The notes under the pieces were generated by a model that was given only the letters and a program-made list of their open reading frames with translations, was not told the origin of the DNA and did no database searches. Positions 1-19,648 of a stretch of 64,000 bases of DNA are shown here, in pieces. Every line of letters begins with the position of its first letter. Position 1 is the stretch's first letter. Made by a program: the position numbers and the translations under genes. The DNA lies in the NCBI RefSeq assembly GCF_009914755.1, contig NC_060930.1. One strand, written 5' to 3'. The stretch comes from the human T2T-CHM13v2.0 reference genome, Homo sapiens.

Positions 1-46
1 AGGCTGGTGTTGAAATCCTGGGCTCAAGTGATCCACTGTGCTTGGC

Positions 47-139
47 TTTTTTTTTCTTTTTTTTTTTTGAGACCGAGTCTCGCTCTGTCACCCAGATTGG
101 AGTGCAGTGACTCGATCTTGGCTCACTGCAACCTCCGCT
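47..139 (-). mobile_element. Truncated Alu (3' part)
   Basis: polyT followed by GAGACCGAGTCTCGCTCTGTCACCCAG. Confidence 0.85.
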
Positions 140-140
140 C

Positions 141-449
141 GGCTGGGTGCGGTGGCTCACGCCTGTAATCTCAGCACTTCAGGAGGCCGAGGCGGGCGGA
201 TCACCAGAGGTCAGGAGCTCAAGACCAGCCTGGGCAACATGGTGAAACCCCGTCTCTACAGGAAATACAAAAATTAGCCAAGAGTGGTGGCGGGCGCCTG
301 TAATCCCAGCTACTCAGGAGGCTGAGGCAGGAGAATCATTGGAACTTGGGAGGCGGAGGTTGCAGTGAACTGAGATTGCACCCATGCACTCCATCCTGGG
401 CGACAGAGATAGACTCCCTTTCAAAGAAAATAATAATAATAATAATAAT
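141..449 (+). mobile_element. Alu (S-like), full length with (AAT)n tail
   Basis: GGCTGGGTGCGGTGGCTCACGCCTGTAATC... two arms. Confidence 0.92.
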
Positions 450-814
450 GTTTTCATGATGCTTTGTTGATATCTCCTTCATCTTAACATATCCAGAGGC
501 TGCTGGCCATAGTCACGTGTGAATCTTGGGAATAAAGTAATAGAACCATGGGAAGCACTCGCTATGTCTATTGACTTATGTGCTCACAACTACACAGATA
601 ATAATTGGGGGCATATTTAATCCACATCTCTCAACTGAATGACAGTTGTCAGAGGCCAGTGATCTGCTATTGCTGTTCATCGTGCCTTCCAGCTGCCTCC
701 ACATTCTAAGGCAACTACAACATGTGAGAAGAAATCGATAGGTCACCAAAGTGTGGTATCATATGTTCTATATTATAGAGCACATATGATTTAATAACAA
801 CAAAAAGCTTTCTA

Positions 815-930
815 GGCCAAATGCAGTGGCTCACACCTGTAATCCCAGCACTTTGGGAGGCCTAGGCAGGAGGATCACTTGAGCCCAGGACCTCGAGACC
901 AGCCTAGGCAACATAGTGAGACTCTGTCTC

Positions 931-960
<30 letters not shown>
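815..960 (+). mobile_element. Alu monomer (FLAM-like) with long polyA
   Basis: Single arm; TSD AAAAGCTTTCTA on both sides. Confidence 0.85.
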
Positions 961-966
<6 letters not shown>

Positions 967-1219
967 TTCTAAGCACATCCGAGAACTGTAGAAATCACTG
1001 TGGTCTAACCACCTCATTTATAAATGAAACCATTGATATTCAGAGAGGAAGTGATTTGCCTATGGCTACCCAGGTTTTGTCCTGGGATGACGATTTAATC
1101 CTTAAAATAGTAATCTGTTTATGAGTTTTCTGATTTTAAAAGTAATTTGTTTTTATTCTGGAAAATGAGAAAAATAAGGAACTTTTTTGGAGGTTCTAAC
1201 AAGGGGGTGAGTGCAGCTA

Positions 1220-1789
<570 letters not shown>

Positions 1790-1916
1790 TCTTTCTTCTT
1801 TTATTGCAGACCTCTGGGATTCAGTTTACCATGGCCCTTCTCTCAACAGCAGCCACCAGCAAACCACTTAACCCCTTGGGCTCCTGCTTCCCTTCAACCA
1901 AGAGCAACAATCATCC

Positions 1917-2238
<322 letters not shown>

Positions 2239-2526
2239 TAAAAAATTATTTTAATGCCAATTTAAATCTAAAAATTGTAACCTAAGCAGACTCTATATCA
2301 TCTGGTTCACATCTTTATAATCAACTGTTGTGGAGTGGTTCCAGTTTCCAAGGAAACTACTGTTTATCATATCAGTGACCAATGACTTCCCTAATAACAA
2401 ATTTTAACTTTTAATGCTGCATTTTTTAACTAGTTCCCATCTCTTTCAGTAGTTAGAAGACATATTTTCAGCTGTATTATAAAAATTAGTTTTTGTCTAA
2501 ACAAGTTTTTTACATAACTCTGCTGA

Positions 2527-2991
<465 letters not shown>

Positions 2992-3499
2992 TGACCACAA
3001 CACCTGCAGTGTCCCAAACATATCATGCAGTTTCATGCCTCTGCACCCATTTCCTCTCCCTGGTCAACACACCTGGGTGACCCCTATTCTACTCACTCAG
3101 ACAAACCAGGACAGGATCCTTGACCTTTCTGCAACTCTATTTTTCTCACCTAGAAATAGAATTAATGACATCTACTTCTTTAGCAGATGTTTAGGAATGA
3201 GATACGGTGTGGAGAGCACCTGGTGCGAACACAGCGCGTATCTGTGATAGTGACCGTTAGCCGTTATCCTCATCACCACATCCTTTCCCCACATCTCAGA
3301 TGGTGCCACAGTCTACCACCTCAGAGAGAAAATAGAAAAGGGAGGTCCCAAACTTCCTGCTCCACCACCTATACCTGTCCCTCATGATCTGTTTCCTCTG
3401 ATTTCAACAAGCAGGTGTTCTTTCTCCTGTCTCAGGCTAATTCTGCACCCACATCGGGGAGCCCCCACCCCAGCTTCCCTCAGGCTTCTCTATTTGGTC

Positions 3500-4720
3500 A
3501 ATTCATTAATTCATTCATTTGACAAGGATCCATGAACGCTAACTATGTGCCAGTCACTATTCTAGGTGGTGGAGTCACAGAAGTGAACAAAACAGAAAGT
3601 TCTCATTCAAAAACAACATAACTTGTGGTAGGAGGCAGACAGGAAATGAAATAATTAGTAATATATATGGTGTGCTGGATGATGATAAGTGCTCAGGAGA
3701 GAAATAAACCTGGAATAGCAGAACTTGCATTTCTTTTTGAAGGGGTCTTGCTCTGTTGTTCAGGCTAGAGTACATTGGAGTGATCATAGCTCACTGCAGC
3801 CTAATTTTTTTTTTTTTTGAAAGACAGAGATCTTGCTATGCATACTGCCCAGGTTCTTGAACTCCTGGCCTCATGCAATTCTCCTCCCTCGATCTTTCAA
3901 GGTCCTGTGATTACACCTGTAAGCCCTCGTTCCCGGTTGGAAGTTACAGTTTAAAATAGGGTGGTTATGAGCAAGGGGAGCGAGGCACAGAATACTTGGG
4001 AGAAAAGCATTCCGAGTTGAGAGAACAGCAGTGCCAGAGCACAGAGGCAGAAGCACTGTGGTTTGTGTGAAGAAAAGCAATGAGGCTGGGGTGCGCAGAG
4101 CACACAGGGTGATCAGGAGAAGAGGAGGTGACAAGGCCAGAGGGGGTTGAGGGCCAGATCATGTATGGCCTTGAAAGTCATCATGCTGACCTGGGCTTTA
4201 CCTCTGAGAGGGGAGCCACTGGAAGGTTAGAGCAGAAAAAGGACTGGACTGACTTATGTTTTAAGAAGTTACTTCACATGCTAGACCAAGATGGGCTGTG
4301 GGTAGGGGTGGTGGATGGAGGCCTGAAGACCCAGCTGGGAGCTACTGCAGTGATCCAGGGGAAAGATGCAGATGACTTGTACCAGGGAGGAGCCATGAAA
4401 ATGTTATGATGCTGGATTTATTTTCAAGATAGAATAAAAAGGCTTTGCTGATAAACTTACAGGTGGGGTGTGAAAAAGGAGGGCATCAAGGGTGACCACA
4501 AGGTTTTGGTCCTAAGAAACGGTACAGATGGAGTTGCCACTTACTGAGATGGGGAAAATGAGGGAGAAACCGCTTGTGGAGGCCAGAGGAGGAGCCAGCA
4601 CAGAATCCAAAGGTCAGTTTTGAATATGTTGGGTTTGAGGAGCTTACTAGAGATTCCCGTGGAGATGTAGAGTAGGCAGGTCAATAATAAGCTTGCAGTC
4701 CAGGCAACGGGTCAGGGCTG
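3500..4720 (-). mobile_element. L2 (LINE-2) remnant, interrupted by an Alu fragment at about 3730-3935
   Basis: ATTCATTCATT...TATGTGCCAG 3' end signature and typical L2 body; paralogue at about 37840-38830. Confidence 0.65.
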
Positions 4721-4857
4721 GAAACACAAGTTATTCTCTTTGTCTTCTTTATATTCATGTTTGTTGCCACTGTGTGTTTCACTTACCTAATGCATTCGTG
4801 ATTTATTGCTGCATAACAAATTACCACAAACTTAGTGGTTTAAAACAGTACACTTTT

Positions 4858-5090
4858 CCAGCCTGGGCAACATGATGAAACCCCATCTCTACTGAAAACG
4901 CAAAAAATAAAAGATAAAAAATTAGCCCAGCGTGGTGGCACACACCTATAATCCCCGCTACTTGGTAGGCTGAGGCACAAGAATTGCTAGAACCCAGGAA
5001 GTGGAGGTTGCAGTGAGCCAAGATTGTGCCACTGCACTCCAGCCTGGGCAACACAGCGAGACTCTGCCTCAAAAATAAATAAATAAATAA
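4858..5090 (+). mobile_element. 5'-truncated Alu with TSD AACAGTACACTTTT, inserted in an MLT1-like LTR fragment
   Basis: TSD visible; empty site in the paralogue near 38948. Confidence 0.88.
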
Positions 5091-7472
5091 CAGTACACTT
5101 TTATCACTTCAGTTTCTGTGGGTCAGAAGTCCAGGCAGAGCTTAGTGGGCTTCTCTGCTCAGAACTTCACAAAGCAAAAGTATTATTCATGCATGTAAAC
5201 CTCTAAGCACAATACCAACATCACGGTAGGTTCTATGTGAGTATAAGCTATTATTAAGAATAATAATCAATCCTCTTCCCTCTCCTCCATCCCTAAGGCC
5301 TCATCATTTCTTGCCTGGAGTGTCACAGTAGCTTTCTTCCTGGTCTCCTTGTCTTCTACCATCTGATTCTCTAATGAGGACTGGCTATATTGTGTAATCA
5401 TAGCGTCATCATTCCACAGAATACAATGTAAATGGCACTCTTACTTCCCATCTTCCCTGGCACCTTTCACACTATTGTTTCCAATGTACACATTTTCTCA
5501 TGCCATTTTTAAAAAAGATTTTCTCTTCACCTTCAAACTAAAACTCCAACTCCACAACAGGCACCAGCTGATACCGAACCTTTCATAATGGAAAATAATG
5601 ACATTCATAAAGAGTTAATATGTGCAGGTGCTGTGCTAGGTTCTCCCCAAACAACTTAAGAAGCAGGTCACATCCCTACCCATAGCTGAAGAAACAAAGA
5701 CATTGAGTGAGAAATGAACTTAGGGGTCTCATAGTTTGGAAACTACAAAGTTCAGAGATATGAAGAGTTGGGCTCAGAAACTCCTAATCTGAAGCTTAGC
5801 ACATTGGCTGCTTCTTTGTGTCAAAGTGACTTGGACCCTCCAGGCAAAGGTGGGATGTTCATTCTTACTAATACGATCTCAAGCAGCACAGCTTCTGATA
5901 GAGTCTGAATTTAAAAATAAACAAATGAACAAATAAACAAATATTGATGGATGAATAGGGGTGAACAGCAGGATGGATTTATAATAAAGTAAGAAACTAA
6001 AATATTAATTATACAATCTACATGGTAGATATATTGGAATTTACTGAAATTCTTTCACCTTTGCTATATGTTTTAGAAGTTTTATAATAAACTGTTGGGG
6101 AGGGGGAAGGGGGAGGGAAAAATTGTGTTTTTCTGTTGATAACAGAGACCAGAAGTACCACTGGCTTAAATAAAACAAGGATTTGTTTTCCTTTCATGAA
6201 AAACAAACTTATTTGGAAATTTACCCTGAGTACTAATATATAATAAAATATTTTAAAAGAAAAAATTTTTTAAATAAATTTAGATGGTGACAGTCCAGGG
6301 CTGATCTGGCACCTCAGATATGTCATTCATGCCCCAGCCTGCTTCTGACTTCATTCTCTGCTGTCCCAGTGTGTGGCTTCCAACCTCAAGGCTGCCTCAT
6401 GGTCCCAGGGTGGGCTACTGCACCTCCGGGTCCAAAGTCCATGTTCTAGGCAAGAGGAAGAAGGAAGAAGGGAGAGTGTACCCTCACACTCCCAGCTATT
6501 TTGGCCTCCCTTTGAAGGATTTCTGGGAGAAGTACAAGCCCACAACTTTCACCTACAAACCGCTGGCTCCAACTTAGTCCCTTGGCCTGCCCTATCTTCA
6601 AGGGGGAAGAGCAGGATGCAGTACCCCAGAAAATTAGGCCTTGTCACTAAGAAGAAGGGGGCATGCACGCTGCAGAAGCAACCAGCCATCTCAAGCAGAT
6701 ACCACACAGCCTAAATTCAAACTGTTGCAATATAATCAAATCCCATCAGCTCCAGTCACATATTAGCTCTAGGAGATTTCTGGCTTGCAGCCCAAAAAAG
6801 TGTGTTTTGAGGTCGTAAGCCACAGGGAGAACAAGATTGTCCCATAAACTCCTTACAGAGATGGTGTACAGGAAACGAGCCTTACAGAGACCACAGCCTA
6901 TGGAGTGTCTAGCTTCAGAGAATATGTACTCCACTGGCAGCGTGAGAAACAAATACCCAAGAAAATACAATATAGCACAAACCAGGAGCTGAGGGTGAAT
7001 GAAGATGCTCAGAAAGATCTGCAGTAAGAATTTCCTGGGAAAGGTAAAACAATGTCAAGCAGCACTGCCTCTGGAAATCAGAAAAATTATATTATTTGAT
7101 ACCATATCCTAAGCCTAAATGCCAGAAGTTCTTAAAGAGGTGCAGTTTGTCTCATTTTCTTTCCATTCATACCTTTATTAGGCTCTGTAAAAAAGATCCT
7201 CCTCTTCTACGTACCTATCTACATGCAAGCAAACTGCCACAGAAGCATCTTAATTAGTGCACATCTTCCTCTCTTTGCACATTAAATTTTTTTACTTTCC
7301 TACTCCATTCTGCTAATATTTCTATTACCATGTAAAAGACACGAGACAGGTGAATATAAAGAAATACTTATATACATCCACGCACAAGAATGATTCAAAT
7401 AGATAAACACAGAAACACAAACACTAAGGGAGGTAGGGCTGGAGTTTTTCCTCAACGTGTACAATTCAATGT

Positions 7473-7550
7473 ACTTTCAGTTTTCATTTCAACGTTCCTC
7501 AGTGGTTTCTGCCCAGCAACTGATGAGAAACATCACCTCTGAGCCAATCA
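7473..7550 (+). promoter_or_regulatory. BTN3A2 promoter: ISRE/IRF-like site, RFX X1 box and CCAAT box
   Basis: ACTTTCAGTTTTCATTTC 7473-7490; CCCAGCAACTGATG 7512-7525 (cf. MHC X1 CCTAGCAACAGATG); CCAAT 7544-7548; nearly identical in the BTN3A1 promoter. Confidence 0.8.
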
Positions 7551-7599
7551 AAAAACTAATTCTTCCAAAGAGCGACTCTTACTGTTTCTCATGGTGAGA

Positions 7600-7728
7600 A
7601 GACAATATTTGCTTTCTCTTTTTCCTTTCTTCCGGATGAGAGGCTAAGCCATAATAGAAAGAATGGAGAATTATTGATTGACCGTCTTTATTCTGTGGGC
7701 TCTGATTCTCCAATGGGAATACCAAGGG
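7600..7728 (+). other. BTN3A2: BTN3A2 non-coding exon 1 (5' end approximate)
   Basis: Downstream of X/CCAAT promoter; donor AAGGG|gtaagt at 7729; paralogous to BTN3A1 exon 1 ending 44776. Confidence 0.75.
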
Positions 7729-7848
7729 GTAAGTGCAGGAAATTGATTAGAGCCTGGGCTACAACGCATGGGAGGAGCGGGGCTGAATCGCTGAGAGTGG
7801 TGAGTGGGCATGCAGGGAGAGTACTCTCCCAGAGAAAGGGGTGCAGTG

Positions 7849-7850
<2 letters not shown>

Positions 7851-7890
<40 letters not shown>
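7851..7890 (+). repeat. (TG)20 microsatellite in BTN3A2 intron 1
   Basis: Directly visible. Confidence 0.97.
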
Positions 7891-7893
<3 letters not shown>

Positions 7894-10363
7894 ATGTGTA
7901 CATGTGCACACTCGCACATGCACATATGGGCACGTGGGAAGACGGGAGAAGTACTGCAAAGTATAAGGAACTGCAGAGGTTGGGATTTAGTGGAAGGAAA
8001 GGGAGACAACATGAATGAAGAAATATTCCAACTGCATGTTCTTAACGTATTGTGGTCAGAAAAGGGCAAACAAACAAACAAACAAAAAACCCTTAAAATC
8101 TGTTCTGGCCAACTCAAGGCATCTATTCTGAGAAATTCTGAAGAAGAAGAAGAAAAAAGAGATGTGCCTCATAGATTTATATGTAAATGTGTTTATTACA
8201 GAAGTATTTATAATATAGTAAAATCTGAACCAACATACATATTCAACAGGTGGGGAATAGACAAACAATGCATGGTTCAGTCATAAAACATGTTCCATGT
8301 AACCATTAGGAATCATAATTTTAATTAAGTGAAATTCTTTATAATTTTAATAACACTGGATCCTTATATTAAACCATTTTTGGTATCTTTTAGGGATAGT
8401 ACTTGGTTTTCTTTCCATTCATCATTTCCCCAAAACCTAAAGCATGATTTCCCATGGTTACAAGCTACTACATTGTATGAATATATAATTATTGGGAGTC
8501 TCTGTGAGCCTACTCTGACTCAGAAAGCCGCTCCTAAAGAAGAAAAAAGAACAAACAAACAAATAAAAAACCCGAATTATTTTTAAAACTCTTTATTTTG
8601 GATTTTTCAGTTTCTACATTTTGTTACTGTAGATTTTACTAGATTGAACAGCCTTATCCATAAATATTTGCATCAATCTCTAAATTTTTTTCTTCAACAC
8701 TAACTTTTATAGTTGGAATTTTGGGGGCAAATAATACAACATTTTAAAGGCACTTGCCATGTGTACATGGCCAAATGCTTCCAGAAACATTTCCACTTCC
8801 ATTAGCAAAGTATATAACTACAGAGTATTTAAGGTTTTATTCCTTTATATTTTTTTGTTTGGCAAAATTGTCTATAGTAGAAAGAATGAATAATAAATAA
8901 CCTAAAAAATAAAAGTTCTCCCTCTGAGGACAGCAGAGAAATTTTTAGCTTAGCTTAATAATACCTCCTTCTCCTTAGGAGAATAAAGAGCAGTTTCGAG
9001 GAGCAGAAGATGTGGTGAAATATAATGTTTAGTCTGATGGTGGATGCAAGATCCAGGCAGGGGTGGAGCATGACCAGCTGCACAGACCTCTGTTCCCTTG
9101 CTTCCTCTACATCTCTCCCCACCTCCATCTGCAGACCTTGTTCTCAGAGGCCATTCCCAGACCCACAGCAGCTGGTATGATGGCTGCAGGCCTCATGCTC
9201 CTTTGTTTTGGGAGAAACTGTTGAGGAGTTAGTATTTACTGAGCAGCTAATATGTTCCAGTCACTATTATTCCTCATAATAATTAGTTATTAACTAATAC
9301 ATGAAAATTTTAAACTTAAAGCATTCCAATAATTTTAAAAGTAAAGGAAGCAAAAGGCCAAAGCGTCCTTTCACTCACTTAACCTCCAATTTTCAGTTTA
9401 GCATCCATCATTTTAGACTTTTTCAGGCATTTACATATATAGTTATGCAGAAATGTATAGCTTTGCTTTTGTTTTTCAATTGAATCATTAGTATAGTTCT
9501 GCAAGGTGCTTTTTAATCACTTAGTATATCTCCATTATCCAGGCTAGTGACATTAAATCACTCTTTTTAACTGCTGCATTGAATTTCCTCCTAGGGATGA
9601 GCCATCATTCCTCTAACCAGTCTCTTGTGAGTGGCTGGTTCAGTTGGTAACCACTTTTATACTTTAAAAATAGTGCTGCAGTGTCATTCCCACAGAGGCT
9701 TCTCTCTGCACCCATGCGAGTACTTCGCTGAAGTAACCATCAGGAAGTGGAATTGCTGGGCCAATTGTGAACATTCTAAGTCTCATACTCGATATTTTTG
9801 AGTAACTAAAGTTGAAATGGTTTTGTCCCATGACTGAGATCATCAAGCTTGTGACTTGTAGAGCCTTTACCTATTGTCTACCCTCTTTGTGTTCCTAACT
9901 CTACCATAGTGGGTCCAGCCCATTGTGGGTGCTCAGTAAATATTTGTTGAATAACTTTATGAAGGGAAGAAAGAAAAGATGAGTAAAGCCTGGTCTTATT
10001 CAAAGCTCTCCTAATCAATATCTTTGTGATTAAACGTGGTGGGTTCAGCCCCTGACTGACTTCAGAGCCTCTGCCAGGCAGTCTGCCTGGATCCCACCAG
10101 GAGCCACCAGGCCATAAGTTGACTGTAGTAATGGCCAAGAGTTTGACGCTTGAGGAGTCCATAGTGTTGGACACCCACAGAGCTGAACAAGGGTGGGACC
10201 AGGGAATCCAGTGAAGAGGGTCCTTCATGAATCAGAGGGGGATGATGGAAGCTTGGACCTGGCAAGGGAAGTGTGGGGAAGTGATAGGATTATGAATATT
10301 TTAATATTTTAATGCAGTAGAGTCAGAGATGTCCTGATCAGATAACAGATATTATTTTTACAG

Positions 10364-10424
10364 ATGGTTTTCCATACTGGAACCCAAAGGTAAAGACACT
10401 CAAGGACAGACATTTTTGGCAGAG
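10364..10424 (+). other. BTN3A2: BTN3A2 non-coding exon 2
   Basis: tttttacag| acceptor and CAGAG|gtaaga donor; next acceptor at 10551/10552. Confidence 0.75.
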
Positions 10425-10556
10425 GTAAGATCTTCTTCGGTCACCATATTTGAGTTAGCCCTGGGGAAGTGGACATTTCCATGCAGAATCCTAAAGCTTC
10501 TTCCAGGCCATAGTGTCTGTCCCACACCTTCTGGTATCTCTTGATATGCAGCATAG

Positions 10557-16739
<6,183 letters not shown>

Positions 16740-17142
16740 TGCTCTGTAAGTTTGCTGGGTCACATGCCCTGAATATTTCAACTTTTTCTCCACTGTGACC
16801 CGTGGATGTTCTCAGCTGGATTAATTAGATCTAATCTAAAGACTCAATTTCTGTGTGGTGGGGGTTCACCTCCGCTTTTCTGGAGCCTCTGAGAAACTCC
16901 TGATCCTGCACACCCCCTTGTAAAGCCTGGCCATGCATCCTGCACCCCCCATGACACAGGGAGCCAAGCCTGACATTTTTGAGAAGGTGCCACCTCTGAT
17001 CCATCAGAGCTGTAGAGGAGGGAAGCTGGACCCTGGAAGAGACTCTAAAGAAAAGGAGAGAAAACATGTAGTGAGAGGAGAATGGAGTGGGAAAAGTACA
17101 AAAATACTGACCTTTTTCTTATCTGTGTCTCCTTCCTTTCAG

Positions 17143-17170
17143 AATGGAAAAATGGCCCTCTTCAAGCCTG
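17143..17170 (+). other. BTN3A2: BTN3A2 post-stop mini-exon (28 nt), homologue of the BTN3A1 EWKKALFKP exon
   Basis: Intact acceptor and |gtgagt donor; 1 nt longer than the BTN3A1 exon 53919-53945. Confidence 0.85.
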
Positions 17171-18297
17171 GTGAGTAAATCACTGCATGTTCCCTGGACC
17201 AACAACCTGAGGGACTATATTCCTTTTTCCTTTTTTCTTCTCCAACTCTTGTGATTTGGAGCAGAAAAGTTCCCTTGACTTCCTTCGTGGGTAGGAAGAC
17301 GCATAAAGGGTGGAGGTGAAGGGAAGGAGACACACACTGAGTAATACTGCAGGGAGAGTGAGGATGGAAATGCCAAGGAGAGGAGGTGATGCCTGCCCAA
17401 AGAACTTTGTCCTTCCCAGGCTTCTCATGCCACCTACTGCCTGTATCTCCTCAAAGGATTTAATGCTTCCAAGCTTTGGCCTCCACATTTTTAGATGATG
17501 ATTGCAATCTGTTTTTCATGGGGGTTGAGGTGAAGACTGAAGGAATAATGAACATGCTTGGCAGAAACCTAGCAAGAAATAGATGGTGAGCTCAAACTGG
17601 GTAGTTGGACAAGGTTTCCAGAAAGAAGGGTTAAGGGAAAGCAACAAGGAAAAGTGCAGTGCCCCCATGGTTCCCAACAGTGGGGAGCTGTCTCCACCCC
17701 TAGCCTGGGAGGGCTAAAAAGGGGAGGCAATTACTGGAACCCAGAGAAAGAGGTAGCTTAACGAGGGAGCTTCCTGAGAAGAGTCCTCGGGCCTTGTTAG
17801 AGCACCACCAGCTGCTGCTGGCAGGGAGGAAGCAGGAAATTAAACGGTGTGTATCTCCTTTCTTTCTCCTTCTAATCTTCTATCAGGGCCTCCCATTGGC
17901 CAAACACAGCAGCAAACCAGAGGACAAGGGAGCCCAGTGGCACTGTCCATAGAGGACAGATTCCTGGGGTCCAGAAGAGGGTGGAGAAAGCTGAAGGCTG
18001 GAGAGTGAATCTAGGGCATATAAGGCCCCACACAGAGCCCAGCACAGAGACGGCCTTGCAGCTATCAGGAAGATGAGGAGCTTCCTTCATGGCCTGCTGT
18101 GGGCTGAGTAAATAATATGATTGCCTTCTACAGCGCTAGAGATTCATATGTTTATCCCCATTTTTCAGGTGAGGAAATGCTTCAGATGAGGCTCCACCTT
18201 GTTAAATAAATTGGATGTATGGAAAAATAGACTGCAGAAAAGGGGAACTCATTTAGCTCACGAGTGGTCGAGTGAAGATTGAAAATTAACCTCTGAG

Positions 18298-18716
<419 letters not shown>

Positions 18717-18944
18717 TCAGGGTATTGGGTTAGGCAGATACTGACCTTACTTTCATTTCCCCTCTGGTCACTAGACCCCTGGGGCTTTCACCAATGACAT
18801 TGATGAGAGAATCACATTCAGGGCAGGCTAGGGACACGGGGTTCTGGAAGGACCTCCTCAGCATGGCCCAAGCCTTGCATGCTGTGGCTCTTAAATCCAG
18901 GAAAAATGGCTGACCCCATGGACACCTCCTCAAACTCTCTGCAG

Positions 18945-19648
18945 CAGATGTAATTCTGTATCCAGACATGGCAAATGCCATCCTCCTTGTTTCTGAGGAC
19001 CAGAGGAGTGTACAGCGTGCTGAGGAGCCCCATGACCTACCAGACAACCCTGAGAGATTTGAATGGCGTTACTGTGTGCTTGGCTGTGAAAGCTTCATGT
19101 CAGAGAGACACTACTGGGAGGTGGAAGTGGGGGACAGAAAAGAGTGGCATATTGGGGTATGTAGTAAGAACGTGGAGAGGAAAAAAGTTTGGGTCAAAAT
19201 GACACCGGAGAACGGATACTGGACTATGGGCCTGACTGATGGGAATAAGTATCGGGCTCTCACTGAGCCCAGAACCAACCTGAAACTTCCTGAGCCTCCT
19301 AGGAAAGTGGGGGTCATCCTGGACTATGAGACTGGACATATCTCGTTCTACAATGCCACGGATGGATCTCATATCTACACATTTCTGCACGCCTCTTCCT
19401 CTGAGCCTCTGTATCCTGTATTCAGAATTTTGACCTTGGAGCCCACTGCCCTGACCGTTTGCCCAATACCAAAAGTAGAGAGTTCCCCCGATCCCGACCT
19501 AGTGCCTGATCATTCCCTGGAGATACCACTGACCCCAGGCTTAGCTAATGAAAGTGGGGAGCCTCAGGCTGAAGTAACATCTCTGCTTCTCCCTGCCCAG
19601 CCTGGAGCTAAGGGTCTCACCCTCCACAACAGCCAGTCAGAACCATAA
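18945..19648 (+). pseudogene. BTN3A2: Normally untranslated but still open B30.2 (PRY/SPRY) exon within the BTN3A2 3' UTR
   Basis: ORF 18968..19648 contains [27 protein letters not shown]; acceptor ctctctgcag at 18944; colinear with BTN3A1 55533-56056. Confidence 0.9.

Noticed and set aside
7671-8286. HT/VC-repeat ORFs
   Set aside because: Artefacts of the (TG)n microsatellite.
16933-17178. Intronic ORF running in frame into the ALFKP exon in both paralogues (also 53627-53953)
   Set aside because: A 1-nt indel shifts the middle of the frame between copies, the starts differ, and there is no clear acceptor; explicable by paralogy plus chance.
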